Assembly: GCA_002269645.1 (NCBI GenBank)
Contig: NIVC01003548.1
Location: 42,263 to 91,901, forward strand
Length of the DNA stretch: 49,639 nt
Reading direction: 5' to 3'
DNA from: Macrostomum lignano
Lineage: Eukaryota
A program made the translations under genes and the position numbers. Of the stretch, positions 1 through 19,000 are shown piece after piece. Position 1 is the stretch's first letter. Each line of letters starts with the position of its first letter. The notes beneath the pieces are model-generated. The model saw only the letters and a list, made by a program, of their open reading frames with translations. It had not been told where the DNA came from and did no database searches.

Positions 1-114
1 AAAATTTAGGTGAGCAAATCATTTTTTTTAATTTTTATAGCAAATCGGACAGTTACGAGCGTAAATCAAAACTTCACACAGAGATGATTCAAAACAAAAA
101 TTTCATTTTTTCAG

Positions 115-6833
<6,719 letters not shown>

Positions 6834-7056
6834 CGATAATAAACATAATTGAATTTCCTAATCACATTGAGTTTTTAGATAACAAATCATTTTTAAACTG
6901 GACGTAAAAAACAAGAAAATGGAAGTTCTAAAAATAGCATCTGGCCCATAGAGGTCGACAGCTGAGATGATATTTGGTATTTCATAATACACCCAACTAC
7001 AATAATCTGCACATAGCTACGTTAACAAAACGATAAAATACAAAGAATTTGCTTAA

Positions 7057-7395
<339 letters not shown>

Positions 7396-7407
7396 TCTGA
7401 CTGAGAT

Positions 7408-7950
7408 TAGAACAGAGCGGCTTTTGATGAGAACAGAGCGGCTTTTGATGAGAACAGAGCGGCTTTTGATGAGAACATAGCGGGTTTTTATGAGAACACA
7501 GCGGGTTTTGATGAGAACAGAGCGGCTTTTGATGAGAACAGAGCGGCTTTTGATGAGACCAGAGCGGCTTTTGATGAGAACAGAGCGGGTTTTGATGAGA
7601 ACATAGCGGGTTTTGATGAGAACAGAGCGGGTTTTGATGAGACCAGGGCGGGTTTTGATGAGAACAGAGCGGGTTTTGATGAGAACAGAGCGGGTTTTGA
7701 TGAGAACAGAGCGGGTTTTGATGAGAACATAGCGGGTTTTTATGAGAACAGAGCGACTTTTGATGAGAACAGAGCGGGTTTTGATGAGAACAGAGCGGGT
7801 TTTGATGAGACCAGGGCGGGTTTTGATGAGAACAGAGCGGGTTTTGATGAGAACAGAGCGGGTTTTGATGAGAACAGAGCGGGTTTTGATGAGAACAGAG
7901 CGGGTTTTGATGAGAACACAGCGGGTTTTGATGAGAACAGAGCGGCTTTT
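7408..7950. repeat. 21-bp minisatellite (GATGAGAACAGAGCGGGTTTT)
   Basis: About 25 tandem units. Confidence 0.95.
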
Positions 7951-8179
7951 GTGTCGTTTTAAGTCTTTGTTCTCCGATTTGAAGAACGTATTAACTAATA
8001 AAATAAACAATTTCAATAATTAAGGCGCGGATTTAAAAGTACAATTCTGATCAAACTTCCGATTCTTTTGAACATTTAAATCCGTTCTTTTAGCTTCACT
8101 GGCCAGTCACCGATCTGCTATTCTCGTCTGGAAATTTAAACAAACTGTGTCCAGCCCTGAATCTTTGATGTCCCCTAAC

Positions 8180-8887
8180 TCAGTCACTGCATCCAGCCCA
8201 GATCTTCAGTCACTGCATCCAGCCCAGATCTTCAGTCACTGCATCCAGCCCAGATCTTCAATCACTGCATCCAGCCCAGATCTTCAGTCACTGCATCCAG
8301 CCCAGATCTTCAGTCACTGCATCCAGTCCAGATCTTCAGTCACTGCATCCAGCCCAGATCTTCAGTCACTGCATCCAGCCCAGATCTTCAGTCACTGCAT
8401 CCAGTCCAGATCTTCAGTCACTGCATCCAGCCCAGATCTTCAGTCACTGCATCCAGCCCAGATCTTCAGTCACTGCATCCAGCCCAGATCTTCAGTCACT
8501 GCATCCAGTCCAGATCTTCAGTCACTGCATCCAGCCCAGATCTTCAGTCACTGCATCCAGCCCAAATCTTCAGTCACTGCATCCAGCCCAGATCTTCAGT
8601 CACTGCATCCAGCCCAGATCTTCAGTCACTGCATCCAGCCCAGATCTTCAGTCACTGCATCCAGCCCAGATCTTCAGTCACTGCATCCAGTCCAGATCTT
8701 CAGTCACTGCATCCAGTCCAGATCTTCAGTCACTGCATCCAGCCCAAATCTTCAGTCACTGCATCCAGCCCAGATCTTCAGTCACTGCATCCAGCCCAGA
8801 TCTTCAGTCACTGCATCCAGCCCAGATCTTCAGTCACTGCATCCAGCCCAGATCTTCAGTTACTGCATCCAGCCCAGATCTTCAGTG
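8180..8887. repeat. 26-bp minisatellite (CAGTCACTGCATCCAGCCCAGATCTT)
   Basis: About 27 near-identical units. Confidence 0.95.
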
Positions 8888-10010
8888 AGTTCTTTTAAGG
8901 AATATTTTATTCAGAGAAATGATTACTATCAGACTCAAAACTAAAAAAACATCACAAAAGAAAGATGAATAGTATGTAAAGAGTATGTATGCAGGAGAAC
9001 AATGGTACAAATTCATTAATATTATCACGATGATGTATAAATTTATTTAGTTAAAAGCTAGCGGCTTACAGGTGAAGCATATTGTACAGTCAAGTGCTTG
9101 ATCAAACTAATTCAGAGTAATTGATATAGACAGAAATATGCGCAACCCGGAGAACAAGCTAAACTTGATTTCTACTACAAGATCTATTCATTAATTTTTA
9201 TTTCAAAAAATGCCATATCTTTATTATTATATTAGTATGCTTTTATGTAGGCGTAGGCAATATTGAAGTACATTTTCTGAGCCTTTAACCTGTAAAGTGA
9301 ACAATCGCATGTTCGACACTAATAGAGAATTTATATAAACATTCTATGCAGACTAATGTGCTATTCACACTAAACTAAGTAGTGTATAAAGCACTATTGG
9401 ATAACTAAACTAGAATGCTCTGGAGAAATCGGGTCACTCTTCGCTGAATTTGTCTATGGCCGAAACCCCATTAAGCGCAATGCGTTCTCAAATACATGTA
9501 ATAGGCTCCTTACCTCCCTCTGGCTCATTTCTAAGGAAACCCAGAATAGAGTCCTTCTATACTTCTGTTGTTCACGTGAAGAACATCTGTCACGATTTTT
9601 AATCTCAGCTTGAAAAGGACATAAAAAAGCAACACAGCAGATTGAGGGTGAGCTTGCAGGCCAGCCACAATCTCAGACAATTCAGTCAGGCATTAACATT
9701 GGTAAAGTAAAACAAATGGTAGCGAACCTTGACAAAGCAACTTTTGTTTAACAATCAGATCAAAGTAAATCCTAAAGCTACAGAGCAGAATCAATTAAAA
9801 GATTTTTTAATCAATTTGGTATAGAAAAATAGACTTGTTTTTTGTGAGTTTATAATCCGACTGTTTATGAGAAGGCATGCAGGCAGACAGACAGACAACT
9901 TTGTTCAGAGGAAGAGCTACAGGTATTTGGACGGCTACACTACTGTATAAAAATACAAAGGCTGATTGGAAATTCGAATCGGATTTAATCAGCTGATATT
10001 CGGCCGGCAT

Positions 10011-13000
10011 TCACGGCTGTTTGGACGCGTCAGCTTGAGATGCTCGCTCGAGCCGGGCGGACAGCTCGCGGACTTTGTCGCCCCAGTACTCGCCGCTCCG
10101 CTGCAGCTGGCCTGACAGCTGAAATATTGGCCAGGGCTGCGCTAATTGAGGCGAAAATACTTAATTAAATTGCTGGGATGACAAGACTTAAGAAGGAATT
10201 ATTCAGATGCCAAGACTCAAGGGGGAATTACTGAGATGCCAAGACTCAAGGGGGAATTACTGAGATGCCAAGACTCAAGGGGGAATTACTGAGATGCCAA
10301 GACTCAAGGGGGAATTACTGAGATGCCAAGACTCAAGGGGGAATTACTGAGATGCCAAGAATAAAGGGGGAATAACTGAGATGCCAAGAATAAAGGGGGA
10401 ATAACTGAAATGCCAAGACTCAAGGGGGAATAACTGAAATGCCAAGACTCAAGGGGGAATTACTCAGATGCCAAGACTCAAGGGGGAATTACTGAGATGC
10501 CAAGACTCAAGGGGGAATAACTGAAATGCCAAGACTCAAGGGGGAATTACTGAGATGCCAAGACTCAAGGGGGAATAACTGAAATGCCAAGACTTAAGGG
10601 GGAATTATTCAGATGCCAAGACTCAAGGGAGGAATTTCTGAGATGCCAAGACTCAAAGGGGAATTACTGAGATGCCAAGGCTCAAGAGGGATTGACTGAA
10701 ATGGCAAAGTTCAAATGAAATCGCTTTAGTCCAAATCAAGTCTACAACCCAACTCAATGTTGTGAGAGCTGCTCACCTCGCTACACCGGCTAATCCAGTA
10801 GTTCTTGTCCAGCTGGCTCGCATCGGACACTCCAGCCTCCTTCATCGCGCTTTCAACAGCGGAGCGAATCTGAATATAAAAGAAGTAAATTTGCGAGGCT
10901 ACAAGGGTCAACTTCACGATAGGCTTATTTGTGGCGCCAACAGGGGTTATCAGGGGCTCCAACAGGGGTACATGGGATCAACAAAGTATCCCTAAACAAG
11001 CTTAAATTAGAATAAATTAGCACTTTTTATAGTATTAGTATAGTAAAGTAGATTTATAAAGAAAAATATAAAAAAAATTCTACTAATAAGTAGGCTGTAG
11101 AGTAAGCAACGTACTTTTTCTCGATCAACGTTGGACAAACCAAGATTGGCGGCCTGAAATGAAATTTTAATCAGTAACAAAGAGCTAAAATATAATATAC
11201 TACTAATAGCACACAAAAATTATAGTGTACATGTGCATCTTAAAAAAACTATCGGGTTTGTGCTGGGCATGCGAGCCGGCTAATCTAATCAATGAAACGG
11301 GAAAGAAGTTAGAAATAACAATATAAGACAAAAGGGAACATGAGAGGAAAGTTCTAGGACTAGAAATATTCGTGTGAATATGTTGAATATCTTATAATAA
11401 TGCCTTAATAGGAAAACTTTCCAATCGCTTCTGTTCACCATCAACGAGGTCATTTAAAGGTCATCACAAACTTCATTCACTCTCAGGTCATCCTAAGGTC
11501 ATCTCAAGGTTGTTTTTACTTTTCTAACTTCAGTTCTTAGGGCCACTGTCTGGTATAGTTCTTAGTTCTTAGTTCTTAGTTCTTAGGGCTAACTGTCTTG
11601 GTTGTCCTCTCTTTGGTTGTCACTAAGATCACTCTTTGGTTGCCGCTAAGGTCACTCTTTGGTTGCCGCTAAGGTCATCTCAAGGTAATGACTAGCTTCA
11701 GTCCTCAGCCTCACTGAAAGTTTATGGCTAATTAAATACAAGGTTATAATATAACTATAAAACCTCTCACACTTTTCTGGTCGCTTATAAAAGCACCTGG
11801 CATCCTATTGAGGGTCATTTAGGGTCACCAAAAGTACACCAAAAAGAACAGATTAGATTTTCAAGTTAAAGAAAAACCGGGCCCGAGCCTCCCTGCTCAC
11901 CGCCTGATCGTCGAAGAACACCTGAAACGCCCGCGCCTCAAGCTGCGCCTTCAACGCGCCGACAGTCTGGTCGCGGCTCTCCGCCTGCACCCTGTAGGAC
12001 TGCGCGGCCAGCCTCTCCCGCTCCAGCTCGCTGCGTAGCTGCCGGTTCTCCTTCTGCAGCTGGTTAATCTGCTGGTTCAGCCGGCTCACAGAGTCGGTGC
12101 TGTCCCGCAGCCGGCCGTGCAGCTCCTCCAGCGCCGCCGCCCGATCCGTGTCGCCCAGCTCGCAGTCGTGCAGCCGAGTTCTCAGCTGGTTGAGCAGCGC
12201 CTGCTGCTGAGCCGAATGGCTTTGCAAGGCCCGGAATTTGTCCAGATCCACCGGCTTGGCCTGGCCGAGCTGGCCGCGCAGCTGCTCAGCCTGGTCGGCC
12301 AGCTTGTCCCGCTCCTGCTGCAGGGCCGCTATTGCCCGGCTCTGCTCCCGGATCTTCTTGCCAAGCTTCTCGTTGGCTGCCTTCTGATCGGCCACCCAGG
12401 TGTTCACGTTGCTCACCACCAGCTCGCTGTCGCGATGGAGCCGCTCGGCGTTGGCCCGGCTGTCCTCCAGGGCCATGCGAAGGTTGCCGCACTCGTCGTG
12501 CAGCTGCTGCAGCGAGGCCTTGGCCTGGTCCAGCTCGTCTTGGCGGGCGCGCAGGCGCTCGCTGAGGCCGGTGTTGTCCACCTGGCAGGGGAGTTGAAGG
12601 GGGATGAAGCTGGAAGGTTGAGGCTGGAAGGACGAGGCTGGAAGGACGAGGCTGGAAGGACGAGGCTGGAAGGATGAGGCTGGAAGGATGAGGCCGAAAG
12701 AGGCTGGAGAAATGGGGTTGGAAGGCTGGAAGAGGAGAGTTTTTAGCGAGTCGCTAACTTTTTATCCCAGTAGAAACCAGGCCTCACCTTGAGCACCACC
12801 AGCTCCTCCTCCCGCTCGGACAGCTCCCCGGCCAGCTGCTGCGCCCGCTCCTCAGCCCGCCGCTTGTCCTTGTCAGTCTGCTCCAACCGGCGCGCCATCT
12901 CCGCCTTGGCTTCCTCGACCCGTTGCACCGTCTCGTAGACTCGCGCCGCGTCCTCCCTCGCCCTACGCGCCGCCTCCTCCGCGCCGGCCAACTGCTCGGC

Positions 13001-16000
13001 CAGGCTGGCGGCCTGCGCGTCCGTCCGGGCGGACTCCTGCCGCAGGCGGACCAGCTCCCGGCCGCGCTCGTCCAGACTTTGCGCCGATTCTTTATTAGCA
13101 GACTGGGCCGACTGCAGCTGGCGTTGAAGCTCCTCAGCTGCCCTCTGGCGTTCGCTCAGCTCGGCGTTCAGCCGCGTTGTCGCCGCCTCCCGGTCTGCGA
13201 GCTGGCGCTGCAGAGTGGACACCTGCGGCCGGGCGGTGGGATTGAAATAGTGAATGTCGCATCCGAGGCCTTGGGCACAGGTCATTATAACTTTTTCATC
13301 AGAGGCAGGGGGTTGTGTGCACCCTGGCGCACTTCAGGCGACATTTTTACACCATTGGCATTACTGCCCATTCCACCGACTCCCCTGAGCAGGCACACAA
13401 GCGCGCGGATACGTACGCAGTCATACGCACAGGCACACACTAACAGGAGTGTACAGCGGCCCTAACTTTATTTATCGTTGGCATGTACACTTCACTGTGC
13501 CTTGGGGGTTGGCCCTCAAGAGCGTTAAATGCACCAGCAGAGCCAAGCTGAGATTCCAATTCAGCCTCAAATTAATGTGACTGCACTGGGAATCGAGCCT
13601 GGGCCGCTGGCACATCAGAGCGCCGCGCTGGCCCACTAGACTATGCCCTCCTCAGGTTAGTACAACTCAATCCTCTTTCTACCGCAGCTCAGAGCTGCTG
13701 CCAAGCCACTTCAAACCACAGTGGAGGGGCTTACTTGAGTAATTCGAAACAACGCAAGCCGATTCAACTGCGTACTAACCATGGCCAACTGTGCTTAACT
13801 TGGCCACACTTCAGCTGGCCAATCAATCTCGCTCACCTGCTCCAGCAGCCGTTTCACCTCCTCTCCCCGCTGTCCAGCCTCCTTCATGGCGGCCTGCAGT
13901 TGCTGCCGCAGCGCCCTCACCGCGACGTCCTTCTCAGCGCCGCTCTCGTGCATCTGCCGGAGACGCTCGCCCATGGCTTCGAGCTCCTCGGTGAGCTCGG
14001 CCAGGCTCTGCTCCCGCTCCTTGCTCCGTGCGACCAGGTCCTTCTCGCAGCGCCGGCCGGTCTCCAGCTCGTCCTGCAGCTCGCTCACAAGCCGTCGAGT
14101 GGCGGCGAACTGCTTGCCGATATCGGCGCTCCTGGACCGCTCCAGCTTGAGCTCAGCCTGCAGCTGCACCAGCAGTTGCTCCTGCTGCTCAACCTGCCTA
14201 GCCAGCAGCCGCTCGTGCTCTCGATGACCTTCAACCTCCACCTCGGCCTTCTGCAACCGCTGCCGCTGCGACTGAGCCTCCTGAGCGGAGCTGTGCGCCT
14301 CCTCCTTCACCGACAGCACGTCGCGTCGCAGCCGCTCAACCGAGGCGCGCTGATCGGCGAGCTCGGCTTCGCTGGCCGCGCATCGCTCCTGCAACAGGCG
14401 CAGCTCCGCCCCGGCCCGGCTGGCCGCCGCCTCGTGCTGCGCCGCCTCCTGCGCCTTGGCGGCCACCTCCGACTGCAGTTGGGCCACCTGCTGGCTGAGC
14501 TGCTCAGACTTCTCCTCTTGAAGCTCCGCTAAGCGAGTGGACTCTCTGGAAGTGAGGATCAGAGATTAGCGTGTTGCTCCTGTAAAAAGCTCAAAACATC
14601 GTATCGTCAAAACGGCATCGTCATAAAATTGATATTCACAGGAAGGCTGCGGGCACCCTGGCGCAACGCCATCGGCGAAATCGTCCAACAACCCGCGCTG
14701 AGGCAATTCTGCCCATTCCGCATACAAGAGTACCAATACTGTACGCACTCATACACACGCTCACACAGGGTGTACAGCAGCCCTGACTTTCTAATCGTCA
14801 GACATGTACACTCTCTGTGCCTTGGGGGTTGGCAAATTTTCACGCACAAGCCCCAAATGAATGTGGCCGAGCACGGAATCGAACCAAGGAGTGACGCATT
14901 TACTGCTGAGCTACCGGTTTACTGCTGAGCTACCGGTTTACTGCTGAGCTACCGGTTTACTGCTGAGCTACCGGTTTACTGCTGAGCTAGCTCGTCAAAA
15001 AGAGACCGGCTGTAAATCTTGCTCGCTCGAAATTTCGCATCATCAAAATCATGAAGACTCTCCCTCACCTGGACTGTGAGCGCAGCTCCGCCAGCTCCCG
15101 CTTGGCCCGGTCCGCCTCCTGCTGCCAGGCAGCCACCTCGGCGGTCAGGTCGGCCTTCTCGCACTCGCTGGCCCGCAGCTCTGCCTGGCATTCACTGAGG
15201 CTCGTCTCAGCCAGCTCCAGCTCCTCCAGCTTCTTCTCTGTCGCATCCTTCAGCGTGTCGTAGTCCGCCCGCAGCCGGTTGGCTTCCGCCGACTTGGCCG
15301 ATAGCTCCTGGCGTAGAGATGCTGCCAACTCAGCATGACGCTGAGCGTCGGCTTCGAGTCGCGACTGAGACTCCTGCAGTCGAGCCTGGTCTGCTTGCTG
15401 TCTCTGCTGCGCCGAGGACAGCTGATGCTGCAGCTGCTGAACCTGCCGGAGTTGGAACGGGAGTTAGAAAGCTTGAAGTTATTTTGAGTTGTTACTGTGG
15501 AGTGGCGATGTACATTTATGAGTTGGATTATTCACTAGGACTGTATAAATTTAGGGGTGTTGAGTTTCTAGGACTGGGGCAGTGTACATCAGGGGTATAG
15601 TTTTTAGAACTAGGGGCAGTGTACACTGGGGGTAGAGTTTTTAGAACTGGGGGAAATGTACACTGGGGGTAGAGTTTTTAGAACTGGGCGAAATGTACAC
15701 AGAGGGTAGAGTTTTAGAACTGGGGGAAATGTACACTGGGGGTAGGGTTTTTAGAACTGGGGACAATGTACACTGGGGGTAGGGTTTTTAGAACTGGAGG
15801 CAGCGTAAAATGGGGGTTAGGGTTTTATGATGGCGGCTATGTACACTGATGGAAGGGTTTTTTATTAGTGAGGTTGCGTAAACTGACGGTAGAGTTTGTG
15901 TGGGAATTGTGCACTACACCGATAGGACTGCGGTCATGAACCCACCGCCTGCTCCAGCTTGGCAAACTCGGATGCGTTGGACTGTCTCTGCTCCCGCGCC

Positions 16001-19000
16001 GACGCCAGCTCGCTGCGCATGTCCCGCGCCGCCTCCTGCAGCTCCTGCACGTGAGCAGTCCGCGCGGCCAATTGGCGCTGCGCCTCGTCCAGCTTCAGCG
16101 CTAGTGCGTCGGCGCGGCCCTGTACCTCCTCGAACTCCGCGTCGCTGCGCTGGTGCGAGTCCCGGAAGCCCGCCAACTCAGCCGCGGCCTGCCGCTCCCG
16201 CTCCTTCGCCTTGCTAGCCAGCAGCTCCTGCTCCTCCAGCCGTTCCTCAGACTCAGCCAGCTCAGCCTCCTTCTTTCGGAGCCTCTCGGCGCTGGCGGCC
16301 AGTTCCGACTGGGCTGTGGACAGCTCCGAGGTCAACTGCCGGATGCACTCCTCGCATTGGCGCGTCTGCAGCCGGTGCTCCTCCAGCTGCTTGCTCAGAG
16401 ACTCAGCCTCCTCGCGCGACCGATCCAACTCTGCGGACAGCTCTGACTGGCGCCGCTCCGCCGCCTCCGCTTGCTCGCGATGGGACGTCTGCTGCCCGGT
16501 CAGAGCCTCCAGCTGGCCCTGCATAGAATGAGGCGGTCCGGTGTAGCCTGTGATCCCATCCTGCGTGATCCCATCCTGTGTGATCCCATCCATCCCGTGT
16601 GATCCATCCTATCTGATCCCATCCTGTGTGATTCTCCCTGTGTGATCCCATCCTGCGTGATCCTCCCTGTGTGATCCCACCCATCCCGTGTGATCTCATC
16701 CTGCGTGATCCCATCCTGCGTGATCCCATCCATCCCGTGTGATCCCATCCTGTGTGATCCCATTATGTGTGATCCCATCCTGCGTGATCCTCCCTGTGTG
16801 ATCCCACCCATCCCGTGTGATCTCATCCTGCGTGATCTCATCCTGCGTGATCCCATCCATCCCGTGTGATCCATCCTATCTGATCCCATCCTGTGTGATC
16901 CCATCCTGTGTGATCCCATTATGTGTGATCCCATCCTGCGTGATCCTCCCTGTGTGATCCCACCCATCCCGTGTGATCCCATCCTGTGTGATCCTCCCTG
17001 TGTGATCCCATCCATCCTGTGTGATCCCATCCTGTGTGATCCCATCCTGCGTGATCCCATCCTGCGTGATCCCATCCTGTGTGATCCCTCGCTATCTCAC
17101 CCCAGCCTTCGCCCACTCACCTGAACGCTGGCCAGCCTTGTCCGAGTTTGCGACAGTGTCTGCTCCAGCCTCGTCACGTCGCCTCTGGCCGCCTCGGCCT
17201 CCCGCTCCAGCTGCTGTCCGAGCGCCCGCTCGCGCTGCAGCTCGGCGTCCGCCTCGCGGGCTCGGCCGGCCAGCCTGTGGCAGTCATTGTCCAGCTTGTG
17301 CGCCCGCGACCGCGCCTCGGCCAGCGCCGCCTCCAGGCTCTCGATGGTCTTGCGCAGCCCGAAATTCGCGTTCTGAGCCTCTTCAAGCTCCGATGTGGCC
17401 TCCTCGAGATTGGCCTCGAGGCTGCGCAGGTCGCTCTGGTACTTGGCCGCCTCCTCCTGCTTGGCGGTCCGCTCGAGCTCCGCCTCTCGCCGGAGGGTGC
17501 CGGCCGCCGCCTGCTGGTTCTGAAGCTCCTGGAGCAGCACCTAGGATTCGGCAATTTGTAGGGATGAGGATACTGAGAGGAAATCTGTGATGATTTGTGA
17601 ATTATTGACTTTTTCTTTAGCCGTCTGCGCACGGCCGCATTAATTTCCTCCCGCCATCCCCTCAAACTCTGGCTGCCATCCCCTCAAACTCGGACCGCCA
17701 TCCCCTCAAACTCGGGCGGGCCGCCATCCCCTCAATCTCGGGCTGGCCGCCATCCCCTCAAACTCAAGCTGGCCGCCATCCCCTCAAACTCGGGCCGCCA
17801 TCCCCTCAAACTCTGGCTGCCATCCCCTCAAAGTCCGCATTTATGTCCGCTTCACACCCTCTTCCCGCTACTCGTTAGTAGGCTATACTTTTAATCGGCA
17901 ACGTCAGTAAGCAGAAAAGCTACAGACCTGCTGCTCCTGCTGCAGATGATTGCAGGCCTGCTCCTGGGACTTCAGCCGCTCCTCCAGCTGCTCCGTGGCC
18001 GCGGACGCCTTTCGCAGTTCCGCCTGCGTCTCCTTGACTTTGCGCTGCAGCCGGCCGATCTCAGCGTCTTTCAGCGCCGTCTCCTCTTTAGCGCTCGACA
18101 ACCGGCGCAGCGCCGCCTCCAAGTCGGAGCCCAGCCCCGCTGTCTGCTGGTCGCGCTCGGCGCAGTCCCGCTGCAGCGAGCGGCACCGCTCAGCCTGGGT
18201 GCGCAGCTCCGCCTCCAGCTGCTTCACCGACTCAGTACACCTGGCGTGATCAGCCTGGGCCCGCTGCCAGGCGGACTTCAGCTCCGCCACCTGCGACTTC
18301 GCCTTCTCCAGCTCGTCTTCCACTCGGATCGACTGTTGCCGGGTTCGGGTTTCATTCGGGAATTATTCAGGGCCATTGTGGTGTGTGATTCGGGTTATTA
18401 TGGTGGGTGATTCGGGTTATTATGGTGGGTGATTCGGGTTATTATGGTGTGTGATTCGGGTTATTATGGTGGGTGATTCGGGTTATTATGGTGGGTGATT
18501 CAGGTGATTATGGTGGGTGATTCAGGTGATTATGGTGGGTGATTCGGGTTTATATGGTGATTCGGGTTATTGTGGTGGGTGATTGGGTCATTGTGTTAGA
18601 CGACTGAGTCATTGTCGTTAAGTCCCGACCCAATCAGCTCACCTCATCGTAGCAGTTGGTGTACTGCGACTGCGACTCCAGCAGGTCCTCCTGCAGCTGC
18701 TTGATTGTCCTCTCCCGATTGGCGAGCTGTGAATTTCAGACGAGCCAGCAAGCCAGCTATGCAGCTCAATTGTCAACAAATCGATAAGGAAGCACAGCAC
18801 TCACCTCTTCTTCGCTTCGGCGCTTGACTTCCTCGACTTCTAGCTGGGACTGCGCAAGAGCTTCCTGCAGCCGCTTGATGGTGTCTGACTGCTTGGTCAT
18901 CTGGAATGCGGGTGTGCGGGGTGTACAGCTACTTTCTCATCGTCAGGCATGTACACTGCGCCTTGGTGTTGGCCCTCATGAACGCGAATATCATGGCAAG

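Noticed and set aside
14770-18956. Hammerhead ribozyme suggested by CTGACGA...GAAA in SINE copies 3 and 4
   Set aside because: There is no stem II, and no stem III/UH cleavage geometry follows GAAA. The motif is absent in copies 1 and 2 and is better explained by the simple hairpin.
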